The position numbers and the translations under genes were made by a program. This document shows positions 19,130-30,100 of a DNA stretch of 38,201 nucleotides, piece by piece (within the stretch, counting starts at the first letter, position 1; the number at the start of each line of letters is the position of its first letter). Source of the DNA: a virus (Duplodnaviria > Caudoviricetes); IMG/VR virus record IMGVR_UViG_3300014208_000080, positions 1-38,201 of that record; one strand, 5' to 3'. Under the pieces are notes generated by a model, which did not search any database, was not told the DNA's origin, and saw nothing but the letters and a program-made list of their open reading frames with translations.

Positions 19130-19388
19130 TGATGAGCTAAGACAGATCGCCAATGCCCTTAATGAACATGATTTTCTTGTAGAACAAGATTCTTTGAATT
19201 CTTTGCTGTTATCACAGTACGCGAAAATCATTTTGGAGTATAAGGCAAAGGAAACATTATTCATTCAGAAAGAAACATCGTATAAAAGTTTAGTGACTGA
19301 GTTAACTCCTTTATGGCATAATAATTTTCTCTTTGGTTCAACTGTCACAGCCATTGTTTTCAGTCTCTTTCTTTTAGCGTTAAACTAA
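19038..19388 (+). CDS. spanin-partner-like protein
   Basis: Overlaps the previous gene out of frame; N-terminal signal-like segment and C-terminal hydrophobic segment; no Cys. Confidence 0.45.
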   Translation: MRSIRSITIVLLFVLLGSNYKTYGQSNSLTNDELRQIANALNEHDFLVEQDSLNSLLLSQYAKIILEYKAKETLFIQKETSYKSLVTELTPLWHNNFLFGSTVTAIVFSLFLLALN

Positions 19389-19415
19389 TTATCATTTTTT
19401 ACTAGGAGTTTTTCT

Positions 19416-20108
19416 ATGGCATTACAAGTTATAAATCTGAAAAGGGATAAAGACAAAGTTCTTAATGCTTTTATCTCAGATGTTTTGATCCAAACAAATC
19501 AAAATCTTTATGCAAGAACTACCGCACAAGGAGGTACGGTTGAGGAAAATGCCTTTGTTACAGCCGGGAACAATAAAATGTTGAATTTCGGTTATTTCCC
19601 TGAAGCCGGTGTAAAGGTGAAACTCACTCCAAATGTTAGACGATTGGGTGATGGCTCTGAATTTCAGAGAGGTTATGACTTTGAATTCAGTATTGAATCG
19701 ATCCAAATGTATTCAAGATTCCAAATCGAAAAGTTCAAGAATGAACTTTGTACGATCAACTTGCATCCGCTTCAATATTACATCAAAGATGTTTACATCC
19801 AGATCACGGTTGATGATGTTTTTGATAAAGACGGAAATACAAAAACGATCATTTCTGGTAAGAAATTTGTCAGAAATATTAGAGACGTTTACGATCCTAA
19901 CCCTTGGGGTGATCTTTCTTATGGAAATTCGCCTTGGGCTTATTCTACCCCAACCACTGTTCCGGAAACTGCTCCTGAAACTATTCATCATTCTGTCCCT
20001 GTTGGAGTTTATGATATGGTTAGTAACCGGTTTGAAAGCTTACGCGCTTCGTTAGTTGGTACTCCTTCCGAGGAACTTGGAATCGATAAACTTGATGTTG
20101 CAGTTTAA
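19416..20108 (+). CDS. putative major tail (tube) protein
   Basis: 230 aa, beta-rich, AGGAG RBS, immediately before the frameshifting chaperone; function inferred from synteny. Confidence 0.45.
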   Translation: MALQVINLKRDKDKVLNAFISDVLIQTNQNLYARTTAQGGTVEENAFVTAGNNKMLNFGYFPEAGVKVKLTPNVRRLGDGSEFQRGYDFEFSIESIQMYSRFQIEKFKNELCTINLHPLQYYIKDVYIQITVDDVFDKDGNTKTIISGKKFVRNIRDVYDPNPWGDLSYGNSPWAYSTPTTVPETAPETIHHSVPVGVYDMVSNRFESLRASLVGTPSEELGIDKLDVAV

Positions 20109-20177
20109 TTAATTCATATTCGTTGAGATAGGCTAATCCCCTATCCCGATCATTTATATTTATCATTTAAGGAACAG

Positions 20178-20558
20178 ATGAAAAAGAGAGATAAAAAAAA
20201 CATTGAGCCGGAGAAAATAATACTCCCTATACCTAAAGAACATGTTTTGAATAGTAAAACATTTTCTTACAAATCAATTTCGTTTGAGAATTTCCATTTG
20301 TTCACTGATGTTTTTGCAGAGTTGAACCAAGCTGATATTTCTACTCCGGTATCGTTAATAAAATTTCTTTTTAGAACCGGAAGCGTTTTTGTTTTAATGC
20401 AATTATATCTTGCTGATGAACAAGAAAATCCCCCTTCGGTTGATTTTCTTAAAATTGTTCCACCGGCGCAGATACTTGATTCTTTATCTGATTTTTTCGG
20501 TTCAGAGGGAAATTTGTTGCTCAATGGAATATTCTCTTTGCTGAAATCAATCCAATAG
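20178..20558 (+). CDS. tail assembly chaperone (G-like)
   Basis: 126 aa with in-frame slippery heptamers T TTT TTC (20492-20498) and G GGA AAT (20507-20513). Confidence 0.7.
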   Translation: MKKRDKKNIEPEKIILPIPKEHVLNSKTFSYKSISFENFHLFTDVFAELNQADISTPVSLIKFLFRTGSVFVLMQLYLADEQENPPSVDFLKIVPPAQILDSLSDFFGSEGNLLLNGIFSLLKSIQ

Positions 20559-20806
20559 AGGAAAAAGCAAATGATGAATTACAGAAGTTCCAGAAGTTTC
20601 CCTATGAACATTTTGAGCCGTCAATTGATTATTCTCTTTCAACAATTCCTTTGGAATTATCGAACGGGAATTATTTAAACTATAAAGCTTTGATGAAACA
20701 ACCGATCATTGAACTTTATGAGTTCCATTATAGGCAGAGAATTAAATATTTGAATTCACTTTTGTACAAAGTCAAAGAATTACAATACTATAAAAAGTTA
20801 AAGTAA
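20492..20806 (+). CDS. -1 frameshift extension of the chaperone (GT-like)
   Basis: The -1 frame is open from the slippery site to TAA at 20804-20806 (FRFRGKFVAQWNILFAEINPIEEKANDELQKFQKFPYE...LQYYKKLK*) and fills the gap up to the next gene. Confidence 0.7.
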   Translation, partial: FFRFRGKFVAQWNILFAEINPIEEKANDELQKFQKFPYEHFEPSIDYSLSTIPLELSNGNYLNYKALMKQPIIELYEFHYRQRIKYLNSLLYKVKELQYYKKLK

Positions 20807-20808
20807 AA

Positions 20809-21384
20809 TTGGATATCACAGATTTTTATACCGTCATAAATAAGTTTCATGCACAAAGAGTTCAATCATTAGGCATCGCCAACACGATTGACACTTATCA
20901 TGATTCTGCCGATATGGTTACGCAATATTTTTTTAGTCTCAATACTCCGAGAAATTATTCAAGTATAAGTTTACCGGATTTTGCTAACCTATTTGCTTAC
21001 TATGATTTCTTTAATGATTTGAATGATACAGCGCAGAATAACCTTTATGCTGCAATTCAAAATTTATCATTCCCGACCGCTTCATTAAGTTATCAGAGGT
21101 TAGAATATTTGTTGAACTACAATCATTCGATCCCTCAGATCAATCCCAATCCTAACGGATTGGATCTTTCGGTTTTTAATGAAGTTCCTTTCGGTTCTAT
21201 GAATGGCAGCAATACAGTTTTTGTTTTATCACATATTCCATTTGAAAACAATTTCATGGTTTTCTTAAATGGTATGTTAATGAATGTTGGTCCAACAAAT
21301 GATTTTACGGTCTCCGGTGCGGTGATTGTTTTTAATTTCCCGCCGTTAGCCGATGATGTTCTCTTAGTTAATTATTCTTATTAA
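20809..21384 (+). CDS. virion structural protein with C-terminal beta module
   Basis: The C-terminal ~70 aa (EVPFGSMNGSNTVF...VFLNG...DFTVSG...PLADDVLLVNY) is paralogous to the C-terminus of the next gene. Confidence 0.65.
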   Translation: MDITDFYTVINKFHAQRVQSLGIANTIDTYHDSADMVTQYFFSLNTPRNYSSISLPDFANLFAYYDFFNDLNDTAQNNLYAAIQNLSFPTASLSYQRLEYLLNYNHSIPQINPNPNGLDLSVFNEVPFGSMNGSNTVFVLSHIPFENNFMVFLNGMLMNVGPTNDFTVSGAVIVFNFPPLADDVLLVNYSY

Positions 21385-21404
21385 TTTTTTTGTGAGGTAT
21401 TCAA

Positions 21405-22718
21405 ATGGCAACAACGAAAATCGAAGTATCAAGGCAGTTAAAAATTAATGCCGATCTAAACTTCAATAATCGCAAAATTACAAACCTTGCTGATCCTGTT
21501 TCAGCGCAAGATGCGGCTACTAAAAACTATGTTGATAATATGTCAATTGGTTTGGATGTAAAACGTTCTGTTCGTTGTGCAAGTACGGCACAAATAGCAA
21601 CCAAAAGTGGTTTGCTTACAGTTGACGGTATAACCTTGTTAGCCGGAGATCGTATTTTATTAAAAGATGAAGCCGATTCAAGGTTAAACGGTATTTATGT
21701 TGCTGCTTCCGGTGCATGGACAAGAGCATCTGATTTTGCAGCTGCAACGCATGTCGGTGGATCATTTGTATTTGTCGAGGAAGGAACGGTAAACGGTGAT
21801 AACGGTTTCGTTTGTACTTCTAACAATGGCGTTTCAGATTTGGTTGATGATATTGGTTCTGATATTCAATTTGTTCAATTCTCCGGTGCTGGACAAATTA
21901 TTGCCGGTACCGGTATTTCTAAAAGCGGAAATACGTTAAGCCTTGCTACTGTTGGAACAGCCGGAACTTATACCAAAGTTACAACAGACGCTTATGGCAG
22001 AGTTACCGCCGGAACTTCTCTCGCTGCAACAGATCTACCAACCGGTATTGATGCTCTTAAAATTGGTGGAGGTTTAGTTGATAATACCGAGTTCAGTTAT
22101 TTGAACGGTGTTACTTCAGCGATCCAAACTCAGTTGAATGCAAAGGAAGCTACACTCACTAAGGGAAACCTTACTGAATCTACTTCATCGGTTTTAACCA
22201 TCACCGGAGGAACGGGCGCTGTTATTGGAGCCGGTTTATCGATCCAGGTTAAAGTTGCTACTTCTACTGTTAGCGGTTATTTAGCAACTGCTGACTGGAA
22301 TACGTTCAATAACAAACAAGCTGCTATTACCGGCGCAGCAACAACGATCACCGCTACAAATCTAACCATCAGCAAAGCTTTGATCTCCGATGCAAGCGGT
22401 AAAGTTGCAGTTTCCACAGTCAGTTCAACCGAGTTGGGTTATGTTTCGGGCGTTACCTCTCCCATCCAGACACAATTAAACGCTAAACTAACTACTGCAA
22501 ATTATGTTGTTCGGGAAATTCCCGGCGGATTGATGAATGGAAGCAACACCGCCTTTACTTTGGCTCATGCGCCTTCTGCCGGTGATGAGATGGTTTTCTT
22601 AAACGGTGTATTACAAAACGCCGGAGCCGGAAATGATTACACCATTACCGGTGCAACGATCACCATGCTCACTGCTCCTCTTGCAGATGATTTGATTTTA
22701 GTAACGTATATCTACTAA
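21405..22718 (+). CDS. fibre protein (tail or head fibre)
   Basis: KITNLADPVSAQDAATKNYVD; DVKRSVR...GDRILLKD...NGIY...WTRASD; YTKVTTDAYGRVT; two GVTSxIQTQLNAK repeats. Confidence 0.8.
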   Translation: MATTKIEVSRQLKINADLNFNNRKITNLADPVSAQDAATKNYVDNMSIGLDVKRSVRCASTAQIATKSGLLTVDGITLLAGDRILLKDEADSRLNGIYVAASGAWTRASDFAAATHVGGSFVFVEEGTVNGDNGFVCTSNNGVSDLVDDIGSDIQFVQFSGAGQIIAGTGISKSGNTLSLATVGTAGTYTKVTTDAYGRVTAGTSLAATDLPTGIDALKIGGGLVDNTEFSYLNGVTSAIQTQLNAKEATLTKGNLTESTSSVLTITGGTGAVIGAGLSIQVKVATSTVSGYLATADWNTFNNKQAAITGAATTITATNLTISKALISDASGKVAVSTVSSTELGYVSGVTSPIQTQLNAKLTTANYVVREIPGGLMNGSNTAFTLAHAPSAGDEMVFLNGVLQNAGAGNDYTITGATITMLTAPLADDLILVTYIY

Positions 22719-22731
22719 AAGGCTAATTCTC

Positions 22732-23385
22732 TTGGCAAAAACATCTGTTAAATCGGAACAAATTAAAGATGGTGGGGTTAAACGCAGTGATGTTAATATA
22801 ACGCAGACCGGTGAAGCTATGATTCGCCGGTTAATTGCGGGAACAAATATCTCTCTTTCTTCCACCGGTGTTGATACCGGAACCGGTGATGTTACGGTTT
22901 CGGTTTCTTCTACTCCGAATTTTACTTCTCTGAGTATTGGCAGCAATACGGTTATTGATAGTTCCAGAAATGTAAACAATATCGGTACGCTCATAGCCAC
23001 CGGAAATATTACTTCAGTCGGAACTAATAATCTTTTCATCTCAAATAGTGTCACGGCTAATTCTTGGGGAGGTTTTGGAATCCAAAAGTATAGTGCTTAC
23101 AAAGGAATTTTGGGTAACGCTTGGGCTGCTAATGCTTTAGTTACCGGCGCTACTGTTGATGATTTAGTTATCAGAAACTCACAGAAGATTATTTTTACGG
23201 CTGATGCCGGTAGTACCGTTCATGCAAGTATTTCAGCTTCTGATTTTGTTATCAATACAACAAATTTTAAGATCGGAACGAATGTCGGTCAAACAGTTCA
23301 ATTTCAAATGTATGATGAATTGAATGCACAAATAACGAATCTCACTTTTACAAAAGGAGTTCTTACAGACTATTACGGTGTTTAA
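22732..23385 (+). CDS. second fibre/adsorption protein
   Basis: EQIKDG, LIAGTNISLSSTGVDTGTGDVTV, NTVIDSSRNV; Gly/Thr/Ser-rich. Confidence 0.6.
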   Translation: MAKTSVKSEQIKDGGVKRSDVNITQTGEAMIRRLIAGTNISLSSTGVDTGTGDVTVSVSSTPNFTSLSIGSNTVIDSSRNVNNIGTLIATGNITSVGTNNLFISNSVTANSWGGFGIQKYSAYKGILGNAWAANALVTGATVDDLVIRNSQKIIFTADAGSTVHASISASDFVINTTNFKIGTNVGQTVQFQMYDELNAQITNLTFTKGVLTDYYGV

Positions 23386-23422
23386 TTTCGACAATCTCTA
23401 ACAATCATAAGGAACAAAGATC

Positions 23423-23791
23423 ATGAGTATCAAGGTCACGTTAGGTCAATTAAAAAACAGCGAAGATGCACTAAAAAGTTTGGTCGCTCAACCTTTGCCG
23501 GTTGTAGTTTCATTTAAGTTAGGAAAAACGATTCAAATAATTCAAAAAGAATTGGATGCTCTGGAAGCTAAACGAATTGATCTAGTTAAACAATATTCCG
23601 GTAAAGCGAAACCTGGTAAGGAATTGTCTGTTACCGAAAAAAATATGCCCAAATTCTTAAATGATATTGGAGAACTTTATCGCATCGAAGCTGAAATTCA
23701 ATCGAAGATGTTTTCTATTGACAATTTCGCTCAAGCGAAATTAAGTGTCAATGATTTACTAACTCTCAATTGGTTAATTGAAGATAAATAG
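23423..23791 (+). CDS. hypothetical helical phage protein
   Basis: 122 aa with AAGGAA RBS, following the fibre genes. Confidence 0.65.
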   Translation: MSIKVTLGQLKNSEDALKSLVAQPLPVVVSFKLGKTIQIIQKELDALEAKRIDLVKQYSGKAKPGKELSVTEKNMPKFLNDIGELYRIEAEIQSKMFSIDNFAQAKLSVNDLLTLNWLIEDK

Positions 23792-23804
23792 GAATCTTTA
23801 TCAA

Positions 23805-25574
23805 ATGTCTCTAAATGGTTTTGAATTAAATAAAGATAGCGCCATAGCTAAACTCATGGATAAAAACGTTTCCTCTTGGAAAACACTTGGTGATCTTTTA
23901 GTTGCTGATAATACTGAAGTCGGTAAAATCATCAACACTTATTATAATTCCAAGAAAGCTTTCGCTGAAGGAAAAAACGTAAAGGAATTTCTGAATAAGA
24001 ATTTAGTCGGTGATCCAAAGAAAAATGACAAGTGGAACGATCCGAATTACATCTTTTGGGAATCAGTGAAGGGAAATATTCCGATAATAGGAAGTTACTT
24101 AACGCTTACGGAAAGTATGAGCGTTTTGCATCATAACTTAGGACAGATCGCGGATGATCTTTACCGGAAACAGATTAATCCCCTTCTGGAAAAAGAACTT
24201 ATGGCCGAAAAGGAAGTCATGGCTTCACAAGAATCGTTTGCTGAAAAGAAAATCAGAACGATGGAAATGCGTAGAGATTTTTGGAAGAAGGAACTCGATA
24301 CTTTCAAGATGAATGCAACGAACAAATATTACGAAGATGATAAAGCAAAGTTAGCGCAGCTTGAATTAGACATCGAACTTTTCAAACAACAGCAATCTGA
24401 GTTCGCAGCAAAGCAAGTTGAGAATCCAGAGGATATTCTTTTTAAGAAGCTTCAAAACTACCGGAACATTTTTCTTTTGAGCGGAAAGACAGATGATGAT
24501 TTTGCAAAATACCGTGAAGGTGTTTTATCCTTAACAGATAAGATCATTGAGAAGCAACCGGAACTTTTCAATGTGAAAAGAGTTTTTTATGAGAATCTTG
24601 AAAAGGATTTTGAGCAGATCGGAAAGGCTCAACTCCAGATATTCAAAGATTTTCAAGAAATGATCCGTTTATATGATGGAGGCAAAGGAGCATTAACTAA
24701 ACAATCTTTTTTCGATTATCTCAATAGAAATATTGCTACTGGAAAAACTTCAAAAGACGGTTCTGTTCAGTTGATCGGGCAGCAATCGCAACATCTTTTG
24801 GATTTGGATGCTGATGCACAGAAAAAATCAGAACAAGCTGTTCAAGATGAACTTGACCGTAATTGGCAAGCATATCAGAGGTATGAATTTCATGTGAAGC
24901 AAATGCAATTTAGCATTTATAAAAATGGAATCTCTTTAGATGATGAATCGCTTCAGAAACATTTGAAAATGAATGACATGGAATATGAACAACAAAAAGA
25001 ATTAGTTCGTTTTCAGATCCAAGATGAAACTAGGAAAAATGAAATGTTGTATCAGTTGGAGGAACAACGCCTTGAAGCTGCATTGCTTTTAGAATACCAA
25101 TACGAAGCTAAACACGATCCTCTTTACGCCGGTATGCAGTCGGGATTTTCTACCATGTGGAATGAATTTATTGTTGGAAGCCGGAAAGCGAAAAATAGTT
25201 GGGATGCTGTCTGGTTGTCTATGAGAAATTCCACACTAAGTAAAATTGGGAGTGAAATTTCTAATCGCGCAATGGATTATGTTTTCAAAGGAAGTTCCGG
25301 TAGTAGTAAACCAAATGAAAGCACCTGGTTAGATACTGCATTGAACTATGCGAGCTATTTAATCCCTTTCCTTGGTGAAGGTGGTGTTGTTACCAGACCA
25401 ACTCTTGCAATGATCGGAGAAGCCGGTCCGGAGAAGGTTATTCCATTAGACAAAGTGAATGATCAAAAGGTTATTTATGTTCAACCGGTCATTCAAGGGA
25501 ATTTCGATGTTTCGCTTCATAAACTGCAAATGAAGTTAGATCAGAATAAACAATTGATGGAAGAACTTTATTAA
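23805..25574 (+). CDS. probable tape measure protein
   Basis: Long helical protein with C-terminal GEGGVVTRPTLAMIGEAGPEKVIPL, typical of TMP ends; the ATG at 23805 is the preferred start. Confidence 0.7.
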   Translation: MSLNGFELNKDSAIAKLMDKNVSSWKTLGDLLVADNTEVGKIINTYYNSKKAFAEGKNVKEFLNKNLVGDPKKNDKWNDPNYIFWESVKGNIPIIGSYLTLTESMSVLHHNLGQIADDLYRKQINPLLEKELMAEKEVMASQESFAEKKIRTMEMRRDFWKKELDTFKMNATNKYYEDDKAKLAQLELDIELFKQQQSEFAAKQVENPEDILFKKLQNYRNIFLLSGKTDDDFAKYREGVLSLTDKIIEKQPELFNVKRVFYENLEKDFEQIGKAQLQIFKDFQEMIRLYDGGKGALTKQSFFDYLNRNIATGKTSKDGSVQLIGQQSQHLLDLDADAQKKSEQAVQDELDRNWQAYQRYEFHVKQMQFSIYKNGISLDDESLQKHLKMNDMEYEQQKELVRFQIQDETRKNEMLYQLEEQRLEAALLLEYQYEAKHDPLYAGMQSGFSTMWNEFIVGSRKAKNSWDAVWLSMRNSTLSKIGSEISNRAMDYVFKGSSGSSKPNESTWLDTALNYASYLIPFLGEGGVVTRPTLAMIGEAGPEKVIPLDKVNDQKVIYVQPVIQGNFDVSLHKLQMKLDQNKQLMEELY

Positions 25575-27043
25575 TGCAGCCTTTCAAACTCTATTTCAAT
25601 ATCACTACCATTCAATCACCGAAATATTATTTGCAGTTGGTTTTCGATTTTATCTACACTGATATTGTTTTTGTTAATCCCGAAAATCCGCAATTAGTTT
25701 GCCCTTTATACGATCCTAGTAATATTTATCAGATCAATGGAAGTGATTTTAATATCTTTCTTCCTGCTGAAATTGATAAGATTGATTTCAATTATAATTT
25801 TGATGATAAATTAGTGATCCCTGGAATTTGGAATCTCTCTATTTTTGATGATTATTCAATGCTGAATGAATGGCTTTTGGAACAAGATTTTTCTGTTTTT
25901 GCACTTTCTGTTCTACTGAAGATCGATTTGACAAAGCCGATTTCTGCTAATCTTTATCACATCAAAGATCATGAAAAATTTGTGTTCCCTTTGGAGGATA
26001 ATCATACAGCTTTCTTTTCCGGTTATGTTTATTCAAAGTCTCTTGGTTTTGATGATTTCACTAAACTTTTTTCTTTGTCGGTTCAACCGAACATTGAAAT
26101 ATTGAAGAAAGCTGATGTTAGAAGCCTTACTTCAGTTAGAGCAGATGCACTTGAAATTCCGGACGCTTTTCTTTCTTTTAAAGAAAATCTTTTTTATTTG
26201 TTACAAGTTGCTTTTCCGAATCTAAAGCTATCGGATATCTCAATAGAACATGAATTCGTTTTTTGCGCTCACAGTAATCCGGCTCATTCGCATACTTCAT
26301 CAGATCCAAATACAATTTTTGCAGCCGGTAGTATCGGGGAATATACTATACATGAACTTTTATTTAATGTCAGAGATATTGTACAACGTTTAGGATCAAT
26401 TACTTATTCCGGTAATGAACTAAGGTCAATGTCGGTTCATGATCTATTAAAGGTACTCTGTTTTTCTTTCTTCGCTACTTTAACGGTTACGCATAACAGA
26501 GTTATTTTCGCTTCTATCAATAAATCATTTCAAACGAACAAAACTTTTAACGGCAATAGATCAGTTTTTGGGTTCACAACAGAAACGAATTTTGAAAGGC
26601 TTGAATGGATCAGAGTAACTGAAGTTAGTGTTAATAGTCATCTCAGTCATTCGATCGGAACGCAGTCGGAACTTACAAATGGTTTTGACAAAAACATTGC
26701 CTTAGTTACTATCATGAATTTTGCGGTTAATCAAGGGGTTACGAGGTATATTTTATCTTCACCTTTTAAGGTCGAAGATGCACAAAACAATTTACTGCAT
26801 GTGATTTTTGCGAAAGAAAGCTCAACGGCAACAGATTACAAAACTTTTAGAAAGTTATTAGCTACACTTTGGTATAATTATTTGAATAAATACTCTTCCG
26901 GGAAAATTTATAAGTTCCAAATTGATTCTGTTGATTTTGATTTTACTCAATCTATTGGCTACCATGACCGGCTTTATTCGCCGGTAGGAATTCATTATGA
27001 TATCGTGGATGATTCGACAACGATCGATGCGGTGAGAAATTAG
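25574..27043 (+). CDS. putative tail tip/hub protein
   Basis: 489 aa, beta-rich, TAATG-coupled to the TMP; function from position only. Confidence 0.45.
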   Translation: MQPFKLYFNITTIQSPKYYLQLVFDFIYTDIVFVNPENPQLVCPLYDPSNIYQINGSDFNIFLPAEIDKIDFNYNFDDKLVIPGIWNLSIFDDYSMLNEWLLEQDFSVFALSVLLKIDLTKPISANLYHIKDHEKFVFPLEDNHTAFFSGYVYSKSLGFDDFTKLFSLSVQPNIEILKKADVRSLTSVRADALEIPDAFLSFKENLFYLLQVAFPNLKLSDISIEHEFVFCAHSNPAHSHTSSDPNTIFAAGSIGEYTIHELLFNVRDIVQRLGSITYSGNELRSMSVHDLLKVLCFSFFATLTVTHNRVIFASINKSFQTNKTFNGNRSVFGFTTETNFERLEWIRVTEVSVNSHLSHSIGTQSELTNGFDKNIALVTIMNFAVNQGVTRYILSSPFKVEDAQNNLLHVIFAKESSTATDYKTFRKLLATLWYNYLNKYSSGKIYKFQIDSVDFDFTQSIGYHDRLYSPVGIHYDIVDDSTTIDAVRN

Positions 27044-27063
27044 TTTTAATCTCATTCAAATAA

Positions 27064-27091
27064 AAAAATCCCTCATTTCTGAGGGATTTTT
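27064..27091. terminator. bidirectional intrinsic terminator
   Basis: AAAAATCCCTCA-TTTC-TGAGGGATTTTT between convergent genes. Confidence 0.9.
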
Positions 27092-27119
27092 CTGTTTAAA
27101 GAATACTAATTACGAAGAA

Positions 27120-30100
27120 CTATTTTAGCAATAACATCTTCTTTGTGGAGGTAAAGTCATTCGCGCGTAACCGGTAAACATACATACCGCTTGCAAGTGA
27201 GGAAGCATCAAATTGGACAGTGTATTTGCCCATTTCTTTCTGTTCGTTTACAAGTGTTTTTACTTCTTTACCAAGCATATCATATATTTTCAATGTTACA
27301 CTTCCGCTTTTTGGCAACTGGTAAGTAATGATTGTTGCCGGGTTAAACGGATTAGGATAGTTTTGGAATAGATCATAATCTTTCACTACAAGTTTGTTGG
27401 AAAGGTCTAAACTAACAGCCTTACTTTTGCCAAGTACTTTTGCATCCGATTTTATTTCTGAAGCATAGTAAACCGGGTTTAAGCTGTTTGTTATTTTTAC
27501 CTTAAAATAAACTTCTTTACCGGTTAATCCTGTAAGATCGATATTATAACTTTCTGAATTGAGATTAAGTGATGAATTACCATCAAACTTCACATTATTT
27601 AGGGTGTAGAGAACCGCATCATTTGTGGCATCAATTAACTCAACGTTGAAAGAAATAAATTTATCTTTTTGTAATAAGCTTAATGCTTTAACGGTATCTG
27701 TCGCGCCATACTCAATTGAGTAACCAAAGTTATCGGCATCACCCAAGTTTACCATATCGGATGTCATTAGGTAGTCTAGATCATTCTGAGAAAGATTTGT
27801 TGCGTTAAGGTTAATACCTTTAAATGCAACGTTCTGTCCGTTAAAACTAATATCCCCAATACGGAAGAAGAACTCAGTTTTTTCCTGCCTTGCAACTACT
27901 TGAACACCTGAACACATTGCTAATGGATTTTCTTTATTAAGATTATAAAGATCAGCAGATTGAGCGAATGAATAAGGTGTGGTAGTGTTGCTGAACGAAA
28001 CAATCTTCATGTCTTGTAGTGTGGAAGTGCTAAATATTTGTAAATCTTTACCATAAACAGGCGCTGTATGCACTGAACCCCATTTTAAGAACTTGTCGCT
28101 ATATGGGCTTGAGCTACCTTCACTCCAAGCAAGAATACTGCTGGAACCATAACAGGCAACGGAAGGATAATTGACTGTATTGCCATATTGCCCAAAATAT
28201 GAACTCCAGGAAGAAGTTCTGGTTCTTGAAATAACTTTTCTGGTGCTTGAAGGATAATAAGGCATTGCCGCCCATGCAACATTTACAACGTTAGAAGTTG
28301 ATAGACTGATAGATGGAGAATAATTATAAGAATACCCACTACCCGAAGAAACATCTTCAACGCCTGTAGTGGAAGAAAGAGTATTGTTTGTTCCAACATC
28401 TATCTTCGAGTAATCAATGTGTGAATAATTACCTGTAGGCTGCTGCCAGGCGATATGAAATACATTTCTTGCCGGATAGGTTACACTCTTAGTAACATCT
28501 ATTGCAGGGCTTAGATTTGCTCCGTTTACTTCACCACCCAAAGGATCAACCATATCACCTAAATTACCGGCGGAATACCAATAGTGATAATCGTAACTGA
28601 TATGTCCGAATTTATAATAGAGCCCTTCAGTTTTTGAACCTGATAGAGTTGTTCTTTTCCAAACAATCATTACTTCGTTATTTGCACCAAGAGCAACAAC
28701 CGGGGTTAAGTTCTTTGTTGCATACGCTTCATCCGGTTCGGACTCTAATAAATAACTGCCGTCTGTTCCGCAGCCGCATGGATGGAAGAGCATTACTTTG
28801 GAACCTGTTCCATCTTTTTCCTGGTAAACAATTACTATTTCGGTGCCGTTAATAGAAATAGCCGGATGTTTGGATTCATAAGTTGAAAGCGGTTTACTAT
28901 TATTCATCAACTGCCAGGTTGTACCATTATTTGTGCTTCTTTCATAGAATACGTATCCCATACTTTCGTAAACAAGGTGCAAATAACCATCCGAGGTTTT
29001 TACAACTTTATTCTGATTATTATTCATAAATGACGTGGAAGTACCCGAAAGATGTACACCCTTATAGTTTGCAGTTACAAGAGCGTTTGCATTGTTAAAT
29101 ATTACCGCTTTTTGATCATATCCACTTGGATTATTTCCAACTTGTTGTAATGTAAAGTTTGTTCCGCTCCAGTTTTGAAAATAACCGGTGACTCCATTTA
29201 ATGTTTGAGTTAATGGCGCTTGAACTGAATAATAACTTCCAGAGTTTACTGACTGACTTAATAATACACCCATGTGAGAAGTGCTAGTCCCAATGTTGTT
29301 TGTTGAATAACTTACCGGCCTATGCCAATCTGCCATTCCTTTATTTCTTTGTCCGAACGCATCGGTTGTATCAATCATCCAAGGATCAAGCAAGTTAAGT
29401 GTTCCACCCGGAGTTACACCTTCTAAAGATGCTTGCAGCGTTGCATTGTTTGCTGTTTTGAATTGTGAAGTTATAATGTTAGGCTGCCCTACTGCTGTCT
29501 TGAATGTATCAGGGTTAATCACTCTTGAGCTTAAACTATTCCAGAGTTGGAATTTTTGAGTTGTCCCTGTCTTAAAGTATTGCTGTCCCCTCATCCTTTC
29601 AGGAGTGTTGTTAAAAGAAGGAAATACATAAGGGACAGCAGCAGAATCGAACCTATTAAAAGTCCAATGCCCAACTGTTCCAAAGGGAGTGCTTGATTCA
29701 TCCAGTTGAGTGACCGATACATTAACCATGTTAGGACTAACAATTCTTCCACCGGGTTCAACAACCAAACCGGATGCGGGATTTACTGTTGCCGAATTAG
29801 TTAAGATCAAAGTACCATAAATTAATATTTTCGAATTAGCGTCACCAAGATTTACAGTTCCTTCAACCAAAGTTGTATAATTCGCATCAATAGTAACCGT
29901 TTTACCTGCACTTATTGCTGCTGTACCAGTTATCCGGTTAAGATTCCATGTAGTATTGGCTGTTACCTGCGGATTGTTAAGAGTAGTCATTCCTTTAACT
30001 ATTGCATCATAAGCGCTTATTTTTCCATAACCGGAAGTACTATTCCATGTTCCTCCTGTCCCCGACGAAATACTTTTAGCGCTTGAAGTAATTGCCGATA

